From: a virus
Length of the DNA: 64,000 nucleotides
Strand: one strand, 5' to 3'
IMG/VR virus record: IMGVR_UViG_3300019776_000194
Location: 20,395-84,394 of that record
The notes under the pieces were generated by a model. The model had not been told where the DNA came from. It saw nothing but the letters and a program-made list of their open reading frames with translations, and did no database searches. Made by a program: the position numbers and the translations under genes. Numbering within the stretch: the stretch's first letter is position 1; every line of letters begins with the position of its first letter. This document shows positions 9,625 through 20,100 of this stretch, piece by piece.

Positions 9625-12062
9625 TTCTCATCCGTTCCAAATATATGATAATTAGTGCCATCATAGAAAGCATTAATCATAGCCCCTTTATTAGCAGTAG
9701 TAGTAGTGAATGGTGTTGAATACCACTTTACATTAGCTGGGTATGTTATAGTAAATGCACTGCTCGTACCATCGCTGAGAATAAGAATCTGCACCCTAGT
9801 ATTAGCAGGAGGGGCTGTAAAGGTATAGGTAATATTGCCTGTCAACTCATTTTGAATCTTTAAGCTTCCTGTGGAGAAATCTAAAGTAATCGCACCAGTA
9901 GTAGTTGTGATCGTCTCAGGGGTATCCATCACAATGTTCTTCACACCGCTGATTGAATTACTTCCAAAGTTAGCATTAGTAGTAGTAATCACAGTACCAC
10001 TTGTAGGAAACGTAACACTTGTAGTTCCTGTAAATGTGAACGTACTAGCGAAAGCACCAGAGTTAGTGTGATTACCACCCAATGTAAGAGTGCTGCTACC
10101 ATTATTTACTCCAGTACCACCATACGTGCTTCCAATAATACCCGCATTCCAAGTGCCTGTAGTCACTGTGCCAAGAGTTGTGACACTAGCACTACCAGCA
10201 GCAGGAGCATACGATGCGGAAGCTGTGTAAGCTGCTGTACCTAATGTACCACCTGTACCAACATTCAATGTACTGCCATCTGTACCAGACAGTGTTAATG
10301 TATTGCTAGATGTAAATGTCTTTCCATCTGCTATTGTTAATGTGCTACCTGTTGCTGGGGATGTAATAGCCACCTTATTAACACTTGTAGCACTAGCCAC
10401 ACCGAGGACAGGGGTAGTCAATGTTGGAGTGTTACTTAGTACAACACTACCAGAGCCTGTAGAGGTTGTAACCCCCGTACCACCATTTGCTACAGCCACT
10501 GTACCAGTTACGTTAGCAGCAGTTCCTGTTGTGTTTTGGTTTAGAGTAGGAAAGTCTCCTGCCACAGCAATACTCAAAGCACCTGTAGTAGTTGTGCTCT
10601 TCAGAATGCCCGTTGCTAAAGCTGATGTACCTGCGCTATAATCTGTACCAGAAGTAGCTGCACTGATTGCTGTACCATTACCTTTGACTAATCCATTAAC
10701 TGTCGTAGATAGAGTAATAGCTGGAGTTGTTGTTGCTGTAGCTACAGAACCTGCAAATCCATTCGCACTAACAACAGAAGCACTTGTCACAGTACCGCCA
10801 CTGCCCCCACCTCCTGTAATTGTCACAGTGACAGCACCACCTGTATTAGAAGCTGAAACACCAGCTCCTACAAAGTCTAAGCTTGTCAAGCTACTTGTTA
10901 ATGTTGTGCCTTCATCTTTAACAGTGATAGCACTACCACCTGCTGCAGGACTACTAACCCATGTTGTTCCATTGCTTGTAAGAACATTGCCAGATGTACT
11001 AGGAGCTACCAATGTGGGAGAGCTTGTACCATTACCAACCAATACACTACCAGAAGTTAATGTGGTCAGTCCAGTGCCACCTTGAGCTACTGTTACCGCT
11101 GCTGCTGTAGAGAGTAGAGTTCCACTTGTAGGGAATGTGACACTTGTAATTCCTGTGAATGTGAACGTAGAAGTGAATGCACCAGACAACACATGACTAC
11201 CAGCCATTGTCAATGTACTAGAGCCATTATTAACTCCTGTACCTCCATTAGCACTAGCAACTACACCTGTAACATTCCCCGCTGTTGTAGCTGTGGAAGC
11301 ATTCCCTGTCAAAGCTCCTACGAACGTAGTAGATGTTACAGAGGACAGTCCTGCAAATGTTGTCACTGTAGAGCCAAGCGAAATACTTGTACTACCGATT
11401 GTGACAGAGCTATTTGTTAAGGCTCCATTAGGAATACTTGTAAGGGAAGCACCACTACCAGCAAATCCTGTCGCTGTCAATATACCTGTACTTGGAATGA
11501 ATGAAAGCTTTGTGCTAGATGTCTTAACTCCGTTGTTACCGCTGTTAGCACTAGACCATAAGGGATATACAGGGGTTGCTGTAGCTACATCATTTGTAGT
11601 TGTGGCTGTTGTAGCAATGGCTGCTGTACCAGTGGTGTTCTGATTAAGGGTTGGTACATCTGCAGCTTGAATAGCTGACATAACAACATTAGTGCCATTC
11701 CCTCGTAAGTAAGAACCTGTCGTAACAGCAGCAGCTAAAGCATTCATTGCGGCTTGTTGTGTAGTCTGTCCTGTACCACCTTTGTCAAATCCTACAGTTC
11801 CTGTGAGATTAGTAACAGTAATATCAGATATACTGGCCTTACCATTGAATGTATTCCAATTGGTACTAGTTAAATAACCATTGACAGATGTAGTTGCAGC
11901 AGGCATACTAATCACTGGAGTAGTGCCACCAGAGGATACTACAGGAGATGTAGCTGTTACAGAAGTAACTGCACTGCCTCCTCCACCAATCTCATCTACT
12001 GTAAGGTTGAGCTTATCAATGTAGTCTTGTTGTCCTGCATAAAATCTTGTTGATGTTGGCAT
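9621..12062 (-). CDS. Long tail fibre protein (Thr/Gly/Ser-rich, GGTG repeats)
   Basis: Repeated V..GGTG and PTLNQNTTGTAA motifs; position at the end of the tail module. Confidence 0.8.
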   Translation of the reverse strand: MPTSTRFYAGQQDYIDKLNLTVDEIGGGGSAVTSVTATSPVVSSGGTTPVISMPAATTSVNGYLTSTNWNTFNGKASISDITVTNLTGTVGFDKGGTGQTTQQAAMNALAAAVTTGSYLRGNGTNVVMSAIQAADVPTLNQNTTGTAAIATTATTTNDVATATPVYPLWSSANSGNNGVKTSSTKLSFIPSTGILTATGFAGSGASLTSIPNGALTNSSVTIGSTSISLGSTVTTFAGLSSVTSTTFVGALTGNASTATTAGNVTGVVASANGGTGVNNGSSTLTMAGSHVLSGAFTSTFTFTGITSVTFPTSGTLLSTAAAVTVAQGGTGLTTLTSGSVLVGNGTSSPTLVAPSTSGNVLTSNGTTWVSSPAAGGSAITVKDEGTTLTSSLTSLDFVGAGVSASNTGGAVTVTITGGGGSGGTVTSASVVSANGFAGSVATATTTPAITLSTTVNGLVKGNGTAISAATSGTDYSAGTSALATGILKSTTTTGALSIAVAGDFPTLNQNTTGTAANVTGTVAVANGGTGVTTSTGSGSVVLSNTPTLTTPVLGVASATSVNKVAITSPATGSTLTIADGKTFTSSNTLTLSGTDGSTLNVGTGGTLGTAAYTASASYAPAAGSASVTTLGTVTTGTWNAGIIGSTYGGTGVNNGSSTLTLGGNHTNSGAFASTFTFTGTTSVTFPTSGTVITTTNANFGSNSISGVKNIVMDTPETITTTTGAITLDFSTGSLKIQNELTGNITYTFTAPPANTRVQILILSDGTSSAFTITYPANVKWYSTPFTTTTANKGAMINAFYDGTNYHIFGTDEK

Positions 12063-12895
12063 TAAGCCTCCTCTATTTCAATTGTTGTGCTGTACAAATT
12101 CCAATTAGGAAGGGTCAATGCTGGTTGACTTGCAAGCTTTCCATAAATCTGATATGCTTGTTCAGCAGAGCTGTCACTATCTTGTGGGAATAAGCTTAAG
12201 AATATTGGTCTTGACATGCCGTTACCACGTAAGACATTCATCATTGAGTTTCTATCTGATGGAGTCATAACAGGGAGTGTCAATTGAAGCTTCTTGTTCA
12301 ATGTGCCAATATCTGAGACTAAATCACTAGCATCATTGCGAGTGCTTGTAGTGGTTTCTATAGGCTGCCACACAGGAGATAGTTCAGCATCATTCTCAGG
12401 ACTCCAATAAGCTCCCATCACAAGACGAGAAGCTTCTATATATCCTGCAGCATTAGATGTATCTAAGATGATGATTTCAACCTTCTTCACAGACTGTGTT
12501 GCAAACCAAACAACTCCGTATGAAGCCCCCCCATAACTATATGAATTAACTCCAAGAGGAACATTACCCCAATCCCACATACCGAGGGGTGTTGGAGCTG
12601 CTGCTAGAACAGCTCCTGTATCTAAAACAGCACTAACATCACCAGAGTTTGTGTAACACTTGACTTGGATTGTGGCAGAGGGTGTAAAGTTGCAGAAAGG
12701 GAAAGCAACCATAGACACCATTTCACTGCTGGAAAAGATAACAGTAATTGTTGCAGATGTTCCTGTTGCTCTCCATGTATCAGCTTTACTATCAGTCAAC
12801 AAGTTACTTGCAACTAAAGTTCCTGCTGTGCTAGAGGCTGTCAATATACCTCTATTAGCAGCATTATTATATACTACTCGTAACTTATTGCTCAT
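12062..12895 (-). CDS. Minor tail protein (distal-tail-like)
   Basis: Position in the tail module; beta-rich sequence. Confidence 0.6.
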   Translation of the reverse strand: MSNKLRVVYNNAANRGILTASSTAGTLVASNLLTDSKADTWRATGTSATITVIFSSSEMVSMVAFPFCNFTPSATIQVKCYTNSGDVSAVLDTGAVLAAAPTPLGMWDWGNVPLGVNSYSYGGASYGVVWFATQSVKKVEIIILDTSNAAGYIEASRLVMGAYWSPENDAELSPVWQPIETTTSTRNDASDLVSDIGTLNKKLQLTLPVMTPSDRNSMMNVLRGNGMSRPIFLSLFPQDSDSSAEQAYQIYGKLASQPALTLPNWNLYSTTIEIEEA

Positions 12896-12919
12896 AATAC
12901 TCCTTCTTATTTTCGTATG

Positions 12920-12948
12920 ATTATATCATGTTTATAGTGAAATGTCAA
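12920..12948 (-). promoter_or_regulatory. Consensus sigma70 promoter inside the tail module
   Basis: TTGACA-17 bp-TATAAT on the - strand. Confidence 0.8.
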
Positions 12949-12954
12949 TCTAAA

Positions 12955-15648
12955 TTAGCCTATAGCTGTCCATCTAAATCCTACAGTTGCTGCTGCTGCT
13001 CCCGTGCTAGATGTCTGTGATTGTACAACTACGTCATAGTTACTACCACCTGTGTTTGTTACAGATGTAACAGTGATAATCTTTCCTGATGTAGCGCAAG
13101 CACTAAACCCAAAGTTAGAGTTAGGCATAGTTACAGAGATTGTTGCATTACCACTACCATCTGTTGTAGCAGCTCCACCAGCTAATGTCTTACCCCATGT
13201 TGGTGTAGAAGAACTACCTGCACTTGTGAGAACTTGTCCAGTTGTTCCTGTACTACCATTTAGGTTAAAAGGAATAGCAGAACCTGTTTCAAACTTACCT
13301 GTGAATAATTTTAGAGCATACGTAGAAGATGGAGCTGATAGTCCTAATGCACCGCCTGCAGAAGAAGTAAAACCAACTAGTTCAGTACCTGTGAAGCTTG
13401 CTGTATTAGTCACAGAGAACGCCTGAGTTGCTGCAGAGCTGCTGTCATAGACTGCAAATGCAGGTTGAAGTCCACCTCCTGTCGAAGTTCTCTCAACAAT
13501 AGCTACTCTATCATTAGTCGAATTACCTATGGTCATACTACCAACGTTTGAACTAATTACTAGAGTTGTACCGTTGTACAAAAATTTAGTACTAGCATTA
13601 CCAATCGAGAACTTATAAGAGCCTCCGTCATATCCAAGCCAAAAACCTGTGCCTGTGTTATATGCTGTTTGTCCACCTTTTACGTAACCTGCTGAGTCTA
13701 CTTCCAGTCCTCCTGTATAGACTACTAACGTTGAAAGACTTCCAACCTTGAGGTTACTCAGATAAGGAACAACCCACACTGTCTGATTTAATGTAGAATC
13801 AAATAGTGCCGTGGATTGAAACTGTGATTCACCTGTAGCCAGAGTAAACGGAGTTGTCTGCCAGTTAGCAAGCTGTGTTCCCCAATATCCGTTAGTGGGG
13901 AGATTGTCACCACTTACTGTAAGGGATGAATTAGGACTAGGAACAAATCCATTACTCACTTTTACGTAAGCAATTCTCGCCTGAGCACCTGTGGCTCCTG
14001 TTGTGCCTGTGCTACCTGTATTACTCTTAGACAAAGAGAAAATCTTATCCACTGTAAACACAGTACCAAAAGCATTTGTGTATGTTGCTCTGTATGTTAC
14101 ATTAGAGTTAGTAACACTGCTCATACCACTTGTCACACTATACTGACCTGCACTTGCACCACTTCCTACGATAGTTGTAGATAAACTGTCAGGATTAGCT
14201 TGAACAGAAAACGTACAAGATGTTGTAACATTAGCACTGCCATAATAGACGATAAAACTACCTGTTGCACTTGAGTAACTAGAAACAACGCCTGCAGAAC
14301 TAGCAGGAACTGTCACACTATCGTTTGTCAGAATACCTGATAAACTGTCAACACCCTCTCTTACTTTAATCACAGTGATTGTGTCTGCATATGTATTTGT
14401 GTTGTCAGCAACACGAATTGTTGCAGTATCTGTAGTAAGGTTAGCATATGTCAATGTAGCGTTATTACCTGCCACAGATGTAAGAGTTGCTGTACCACTT
14501 GTGACAGTGTAGTTTGCACCTGTAACATTATTAGGTTTAGCAGTGAACGTAATACTACTTGGTGTTACTGTATTGCTCTTACTAATCTGAAACACTTGAC
14601 TACTTGCAGACATTGACATTAGCAATGCATTTGAACCGTTCGTTCCATTAGTGCCATTGGTTCCAGCGTTAGACTTAGCAATAGTAAATGTTTTATCTAT
14701 CGTATATGTATTACCTAGAGGACTTGTGTAAGATGCTCTGTAAGTAACTGTAACCACAGGAGTGCCATTAGGAATACCTGCTGTGACAGAATACACACCT
14801 GTCGTTGAGCCAATTGTTGTTGTGACAGCACTGGCATTCGTCTGAACAGAGAACGTACAAGAAGTTGTTACGTCTGCAGCACCATAATACACTTTAAATG
14901 TGCCACTAGCTCCTGTGTAACTTGACACAACACCAGTGTCAGATGCTGGAAGAGTGTGAGCCTCATTGGTTAGATAACCAACAACAGCATCAATACCTTC
15001 TCTTACCTTAACAACAGTGATGCTATCTGATATACCACTACCACCACTGTCAAGTGCTCTCACTGTCACTGTGTCAGATGTCATGTTAGCAAATGTTAGT
15101 GTGGCACTATCTCCCGCAACTGATGTGAGTGTGCCTGTACCAGAAGTGATAGACCACGTTGGATTGATTGGTAGATTCTCACGTTGAGCTGTGAATGTGA
15201 CACTAGAAGGACTATTCACACCAGCTTTGCTTATCTGGAACAACTGAGATGAAGCTGTCACAACAATACTCTTTGTGGTTGGAACAGCAGTGACACCAGC
15301 ATAAATAGCTGCTTTAGCTGTAGCCACATCTGTAAACTTTTGACGGAATGTAACACCACCATTACTACCTGCTGAGAGAACAGTAATGTTAGTGAGATTA
15401 TTCCAAGCTACAGGTGTTGTCAGTGTCGCTAGATATGTGGTAAGTGCTGTGACAGCATTATCATATGTTGTTTTCTGTGTTGTCAATCCCCACTTAGTTG
15501 CTTCAGCATCAACAGATGCTTGCTCTGAAATGATATTAGCGTATGCTGTAATCCAACTAGGTTTTTCTTCAATTGACAATATGTTGTCAGAGATGAGCCG
15601 TGTTGAGGCTTGAAGAAGTACATCTCTTGCATTTACAATTGTAGCCAT
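12955..15648 (-). CDS. Tail tip / host-specificity fibre protein with internal duplication
   Basis: Two copies of an about 200-aa Ig-like block (SSQ.FQISK...KVREG.D....LTN), short G-x-x linkers, GQTAYNTGTGFWLG motif. Confidence 0.75.
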   Translation of the reverse strand: MATIVNARDVLLQASTRLISDNILSIEEKPSWITAYANIISEQASVDAEATKWGLTTQKTTYDNAVTALTTYLATLTTPVAWNNLTNITVLSAGSNGGVTFRQKFTDVATAKAAIYAGVTAVPTTKSIVVTASSQLFQISKAGVNSPSSVTFTAQRENLPINPTWSITSGTGTLTSVAGDSATLTFANMTSDTVTVRALDSGGSGISDSITVVKVREGIDAVVGYLTNEAHTLPASDTGVVSSYTGASGTFKVYYGAADVTTSCTFSVQTNASAVTTTIGSTTGVYSVTAGIPNGTPVVTVTYRASYTSPLGNTYTIDKTFTIAKSNAGTNGTNGTNGSNALLMSMSASSQVFQISKSNTVTPSSITFTAKPNNVTGANYTVTSGTATLTSVAGNNATLTYANLTTDTATIRVADNTNTYADTITVIKVREGVDSLSGILTNDSVTVPASSAGVVSSYSSATGSFIVYYGSANVTTSCTFSVQANPDSLSTTIVGSGASAGQYSVTSGMSSVTNSNVTYRATYTNAFGTVFTVDKIFSLSKSNTGSTGTTGATGAQARIAYVKVSNGFVPSPNSSLTVSGDNLPTNGYWGTQLANWQTTPFTLATGESQFQSTALFDSTLNQTVWVVPYLSNLKVGSLSTLVVYTGGLEVDSAGYVKGGQTAYNTGTGFWLGYDGGSYKFSIGNASTKFLYNGTTLVISSNVGSMTIGNSTNDRVAIVERTSTGGGLQPAFAVYDSSSAATQAFSVTNTASFTGTELVGFTSSAGGALGLSAPSSTYALKLFTGKFETGSAIPFNLNGSTGTTGQVLTSAGSSSTPTWGKTLAGGAATTDGSGNATISVTMPNSNFGFSACATSGKIITVTSVTNTGGSNYDVVVQSQTSSTGAAAATVGFRWTAIG

Positions 15649-17123
15649 TAAATCATAACCTTTACATTAACTCTCACTTCATTTCCCCACTGAGGCTCTA
15701 ACCCTACAATCACACCAAGCTTGCCTGCACTCAAACCAAATCGACTATGTTTCAATGTGACAGCTTGACCAAGTGTAAGCTCTAGGCTCTTTGCAAAACC
15801 TACAAATTCATACACAGTTCTCTGCGTCTTCACAACACCCAACAAGCGAGTAGCCTCTGCTGTAGCGTCTGCTGCTGTTAGTAGTAGAGTATCTTTCTGA
15901 GTAGGTTCTGTCTGTAATTTATATTTTGTGTTGACAGCACTATCAGTTGATTTGACAGTGAGCCATTCCCTAGCATACAATTCCTTGTGTTCGTCTGGAA
16001 TGATTGTGTCTAAGTTGTCTTGAACTGTGTAATTCTTACAATAACCGATTTGCACTGTCGATTGTACAGGTTCTCTACTAGACACTTTCAAACTTCTCTC
16101 AACCATGTCAGAAGCTGTGATAAGCTTAGGAGTGCCACTAGGAGGAAAGTCAATCCGTAAGAGCTGTAAAAGCCCTGTACGAGACATTGTAATCTGAGCA
16201 CCAACAGAGTTAGCTAATTGCTGACATACTTCTAGGACATTAGCTTTGTTGTCTAAGTAAATACCAACAGGCGCTGTGTTAGCTGCTGCAAATGCTGTGA
16301 AGTTAGCTGAGTCAATATCAGCATCTACTAAACGCTTATCAGCTTGCCCCCAATTCTTGACAATGTTTTTAATAATGTCAGTAATTTGATTAGAATATGT
16401 TGAAGGCTTACTTCCTTGAATAGAAGCTGTGATGTTTCCTTTCGGACTGGCTGTAAGACGAACAACACCTGTACCGAGAGTGGGAGTCACTGTGATAGGA
16501 ACTCCTTCATCTTTAAACTCAATTACACTTTCAATAGCCCCGTTATGAACTTTGTAATCGTGCAATGTCGCATCAATAAGCAATGGTGTGATATTATGTA
16601 CTTCACCAAAAACTAACGGAAGAAGCTTATCTTTGTTGACAGAACTACCTCCAAGTTTAGCATCTGTAATAGGTGTGTTCAAACGTTGCAAGCTATCACG
16701 AATAAAGAGAGTTATTTCATTTCTGCTTTGACTCCCTATTCCTGAAATCATTCCTTTGACAATCAATCTGAAATCACTTCTATCCCACTTCATATCACCA
16801 AAGTAGATTGAAATGTCTCTGCTTTCCCAGACATCATCAAGCCAGCCATCCAACTCGCCATTAGCATTTGTAATAGTCACATCACCTACAGAGATTGTAG
16901 GTTCTGAGTCGATAGATAAACTCTCTGTGAGCTTAACACCTCCTGCAATAACACTCCTATAAGAAGTGTTAGCAGGAGTAGCTGAAGGGCTGGTGACATA
17001 TCCACGATTAGACATATATCTAATAGTTTCTGTGCCACCAACGTTTGCTGTTGCTTCAACTAGAATACACCTCATCGCGGAGGGTGTTGAAAGCCATGTT
17101 GTGTATTCTGCGTCTGAAATCAT
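15648..17123 (-). CDS. Tail tip/hub protein
   Basis: Directly after the tape measure gene; PLVFGEVHNITP motif. Confidence 0.65.
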   Translation of the reverse strand: MISDAEYTTWLSTPSAMRCILVEATANVGGTETIRYMSNRGYVTSPSATPANTSYRSVIAGGVKLTESLSIDSEPTISVGDVTITNANGELDGWLDDVWESRDISIYFGDMKWDRSDFRLIVKGMISGIGSQSRNEITLFIRDSLQRLNTPITDAKLGGSSVNKDKLLPLVFGEVHNITPLLIDATLHDYKVHNGAIESVIEFKDEGVPITVTPTLGTGVVRLTASPKGNITASIQGSKPSTYSNQITDIIKNIVKNWGQADKRLVDADIDSANFTAFAAANTAPVGIYLDNKANVLEVCQQLANSVGAQITMSRTGLLQLLRIDFPPSGTPKLITASDMVERSLKVSSREPVQSTVQIGYCKNYTVQDNLDTIIPDEHKELYAREWLTVKSTDSAVNTKYKLQTEPTQKDTLLLTAADATAEATRLLGVVKTQRTVYEFVGFAKSLELTLGQAVTLKHSRFGLSAGKLGVIVGLEPQWGNEVRVNVKVMI

Positions 17124-20100
17124 TCCATTGTCACCTTATTCCAATTTGGGTTATTTTTATCTAAGCCCTCTTGAGTACCTTCTACAATTGTTTCAGCATT
17201 AGTTCTGCTAGTCTCAATCAAGGTATTCATTAAAGCCACTGTTTGTGCTTGTGCATCTTGACGCATCATTGCAATCTCGTTCTTCAAATCTTCCACTTGT
17301 AGCTTGTACTCGTTAGAAGCTGTAGTAGTAGCTGCAGGAGGTGGAGCCATCGAAGCTGCTTTGGCATTCACTTTCTCTACAGAGTCTTGGAAGGATTTGA
17401 GAACATATTCTCTTCCATAGATTTCAAACTCACGAGTCCAATATGCCATACCTTCAGCATCAATTTGATTGCCAGTTTTATTAGCAAACTTACTGTACAA
17501 TGCTGTGACATAATCTGCACCAGAAGCTCGTCCAAATGTACCGGACAATGCTGCTGCTAATTCAGCAGGAAGTCCTGCTACATCTACAGCAATACCATCA
17601 AACACACCCATCTTAGTGTACAAATTATTCAACACTGTGAGCTGGCTACTCATTGTGTTAACAGTAGTTGTGTAATAACTTTCCGCTACAGACTCAATAG
17701 TGTTCATCTGAATAACGAGCTTGATGAGTTCTTGCTTCTGAGCTTCATTGATTGCTACAAGCTTTTCTTCGGCTGAACGACTATCAATGTTCATCGCATC
17801 TAGAGAATTTGTAATGCTGTTGAAGATTGCTTGATATGCATCACTAGAAGCGTAAGCTGTTCTAGCCAGTTCTAGGTATGTGTTAGCACTACCTGTCAAT
17901 GCACCTTGAGCTATTGTATCACCTGCCTGAGCTTTTGTCAATGTTGCTTCATACTGCTTACGTGCTTCTGCAAGCTTCTGTGTCATTGTTAAAGGAGACA
18001 AGCTACCAAGTTTTAAGCCATCAACATAAGTACGTAATTGTTTCGTAAAGTCAATCATCTTAGTGATAGAATCACGTTCAATTTGGTACTTAGAAATGAT
18101 ACTATCCTTCAACTCACCAGCAATACTCAATTTCTGTTCAACAGTGATGTCACTAGCCATCATCTTCCATAGCTTCTCTGACTTCTTAACAGCAGCTTCA
18201 CGAGTAGCTTCACTACCCCAAAGAACTGTATTGATTTGAGCACGAATGTCACTAGCTTGCTTACTAACACTCAACCACTTCTGAGCTGTCTGAGACAAGT
18301 CATTGATTGTCTCTTTCAAGTTATCTCTTAGAGTAGTCCAATCAGGGAACATTTGGTCAGTGTTTGTGTAGTCCATCTTTTCTACTACTGCTGTCGTAGC
18401 TTCTGCAGCTTTTTCAGCCCATTGCACCACTTCAGCAAATGCACTAGAAACTTTCATCAAGCCAACAAACAATTCATTGTTACCAGCCTTTTGAGCTGTT
18501 TCAACCATAGCTCTGAAAGCCTCTCTAGATGTAGGCATTTCTTTACCTAAATCCTTCATAGCTTTTGCCACAGCATCGACTTTGACTTTAGTTTTCTCTT
18601 CTTCTTTGTAGAAGTTTTCATAGTAACTACCTGCTGTTGCTTGGAATTTATCTAGTCCACCAAACAACGTTACAATAGCGTCAGAAGCTTTGATACCTGC
18701 TGTGTTTAAGTCAAATAGAGTATACCCTAAAGCTTTAAACATACCATTCGTAACTGTGATGTTTGTGGCAAGTCTTCCCATTGTGGCAGCAGAAGATTCG
18801 TTTTGTAACGCTAGTTCTTTCAAATTACCTAACAAGTCTTTTGCAATCGAGTTGGTAATCTCTTCAAATGCTTTAGCTACATTTGCAGATGTTTCTTCTG
18901 CTGTTTTACCAAATGTGAAGTTAATAGCATCTGTACGAGACTTAATACTATCTGCATTCATTCCGAGAGCTTTAGCATATTCACTGGTAGTTACCTTGAT
19001 AGCAGTGTACATGGAGTTAAGCTGATTTAGCAAAGCTTTGTCAGCCTCTAAATTAGGATTATCTACGTATGATTTACCATCAGATGTAGTTGCTGTACTA
19101 TTGCTCAACAGATATTTCCAAGTGTCGGCTCTATCACTTCTCAGTAAACCACCTTCTTGAGTCCAAGCTTGGTTTCTAGTCAAATTATTAGTGCCTAGAT
19201 TACCTGTCACAGTTTGTGGAGCAAACTTCTTATCTTCCATACCAATCAATCTTGGCAATACTCCTAGCAGCGCACCAGCATCTGCAGACAGTCCACCAAT
19301 TCGGAATCCTCCATTAATAGCCTTAACACCTTGGAATGCTGCAACAGCCGCTGCAACGTAAGGAGCCATAGAAGCTACAGATGCCCCCATTGAACCTGCT
19401 GCTGTAAGACCTGTAGTAGCACCAGCTCCTATTGTGCTTCCTGTGAGGGCTGCTGTTTCTGCTGCCATTGCTGCAGCAGATGAGCTTAACCCGATTGCTT
19501 CACCAAAAGCACTTGTTGCAAATGATGTGAAGGCTTCTGCTGAAGCTGCAGATGCTGCTGCAAAACCAGTGGTAATAGAGTTATAAAGCGTAGAACCAAG
19601 CTGTGCTATATTACCAATACCGCCTTGAGCACTTGCTGCATTAGGTGATATGATACTTGCTCCGAAGTTAGAAATAGGGTTGATGATTGGACTCAGTACT
19701 AGACGAGCAAACCAAGACTTGATATCTTGAATTAGTTTCTTGACAGCACTCTCACCACTTTTACCAATTGCATTGTACAATCCGTCAGCAATTTTCTTAT
19801 TAGCAGCTTGATAGTCTGATTCATATTTATCAGCTAAGTCTTTTAAATTTTTCCTAGCACCTAATTCATCCCTAGCCTCTGATTCTCTTTTTAAATTATC
19901 TACAATTTTTTGTTGTTGTGTTAGAAGTTCATCATTCAGACCTCTTTGAGCCATATCAGTTAGTTTGTTCTCTTCCTTGACCATCTTCAATCTAAACAAC
20001 TCACCTTCGGTCTTACCGTATGCTTCAAGTAACATCTCTTGCTGTTCGGCAGATTTCCCTGTGGCATCAGCTTCCTTAGTTAGAGCATCTAAGTTCTCTT

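Noticed and set aside
9871-16616. Many + strand ORFs of 60-130 aa antisense to tail genes (also 24498-31569)
   Set aside because: Shadow frames of Thr/Gly/Ala-rich genes; no SDs or recognisable motifs
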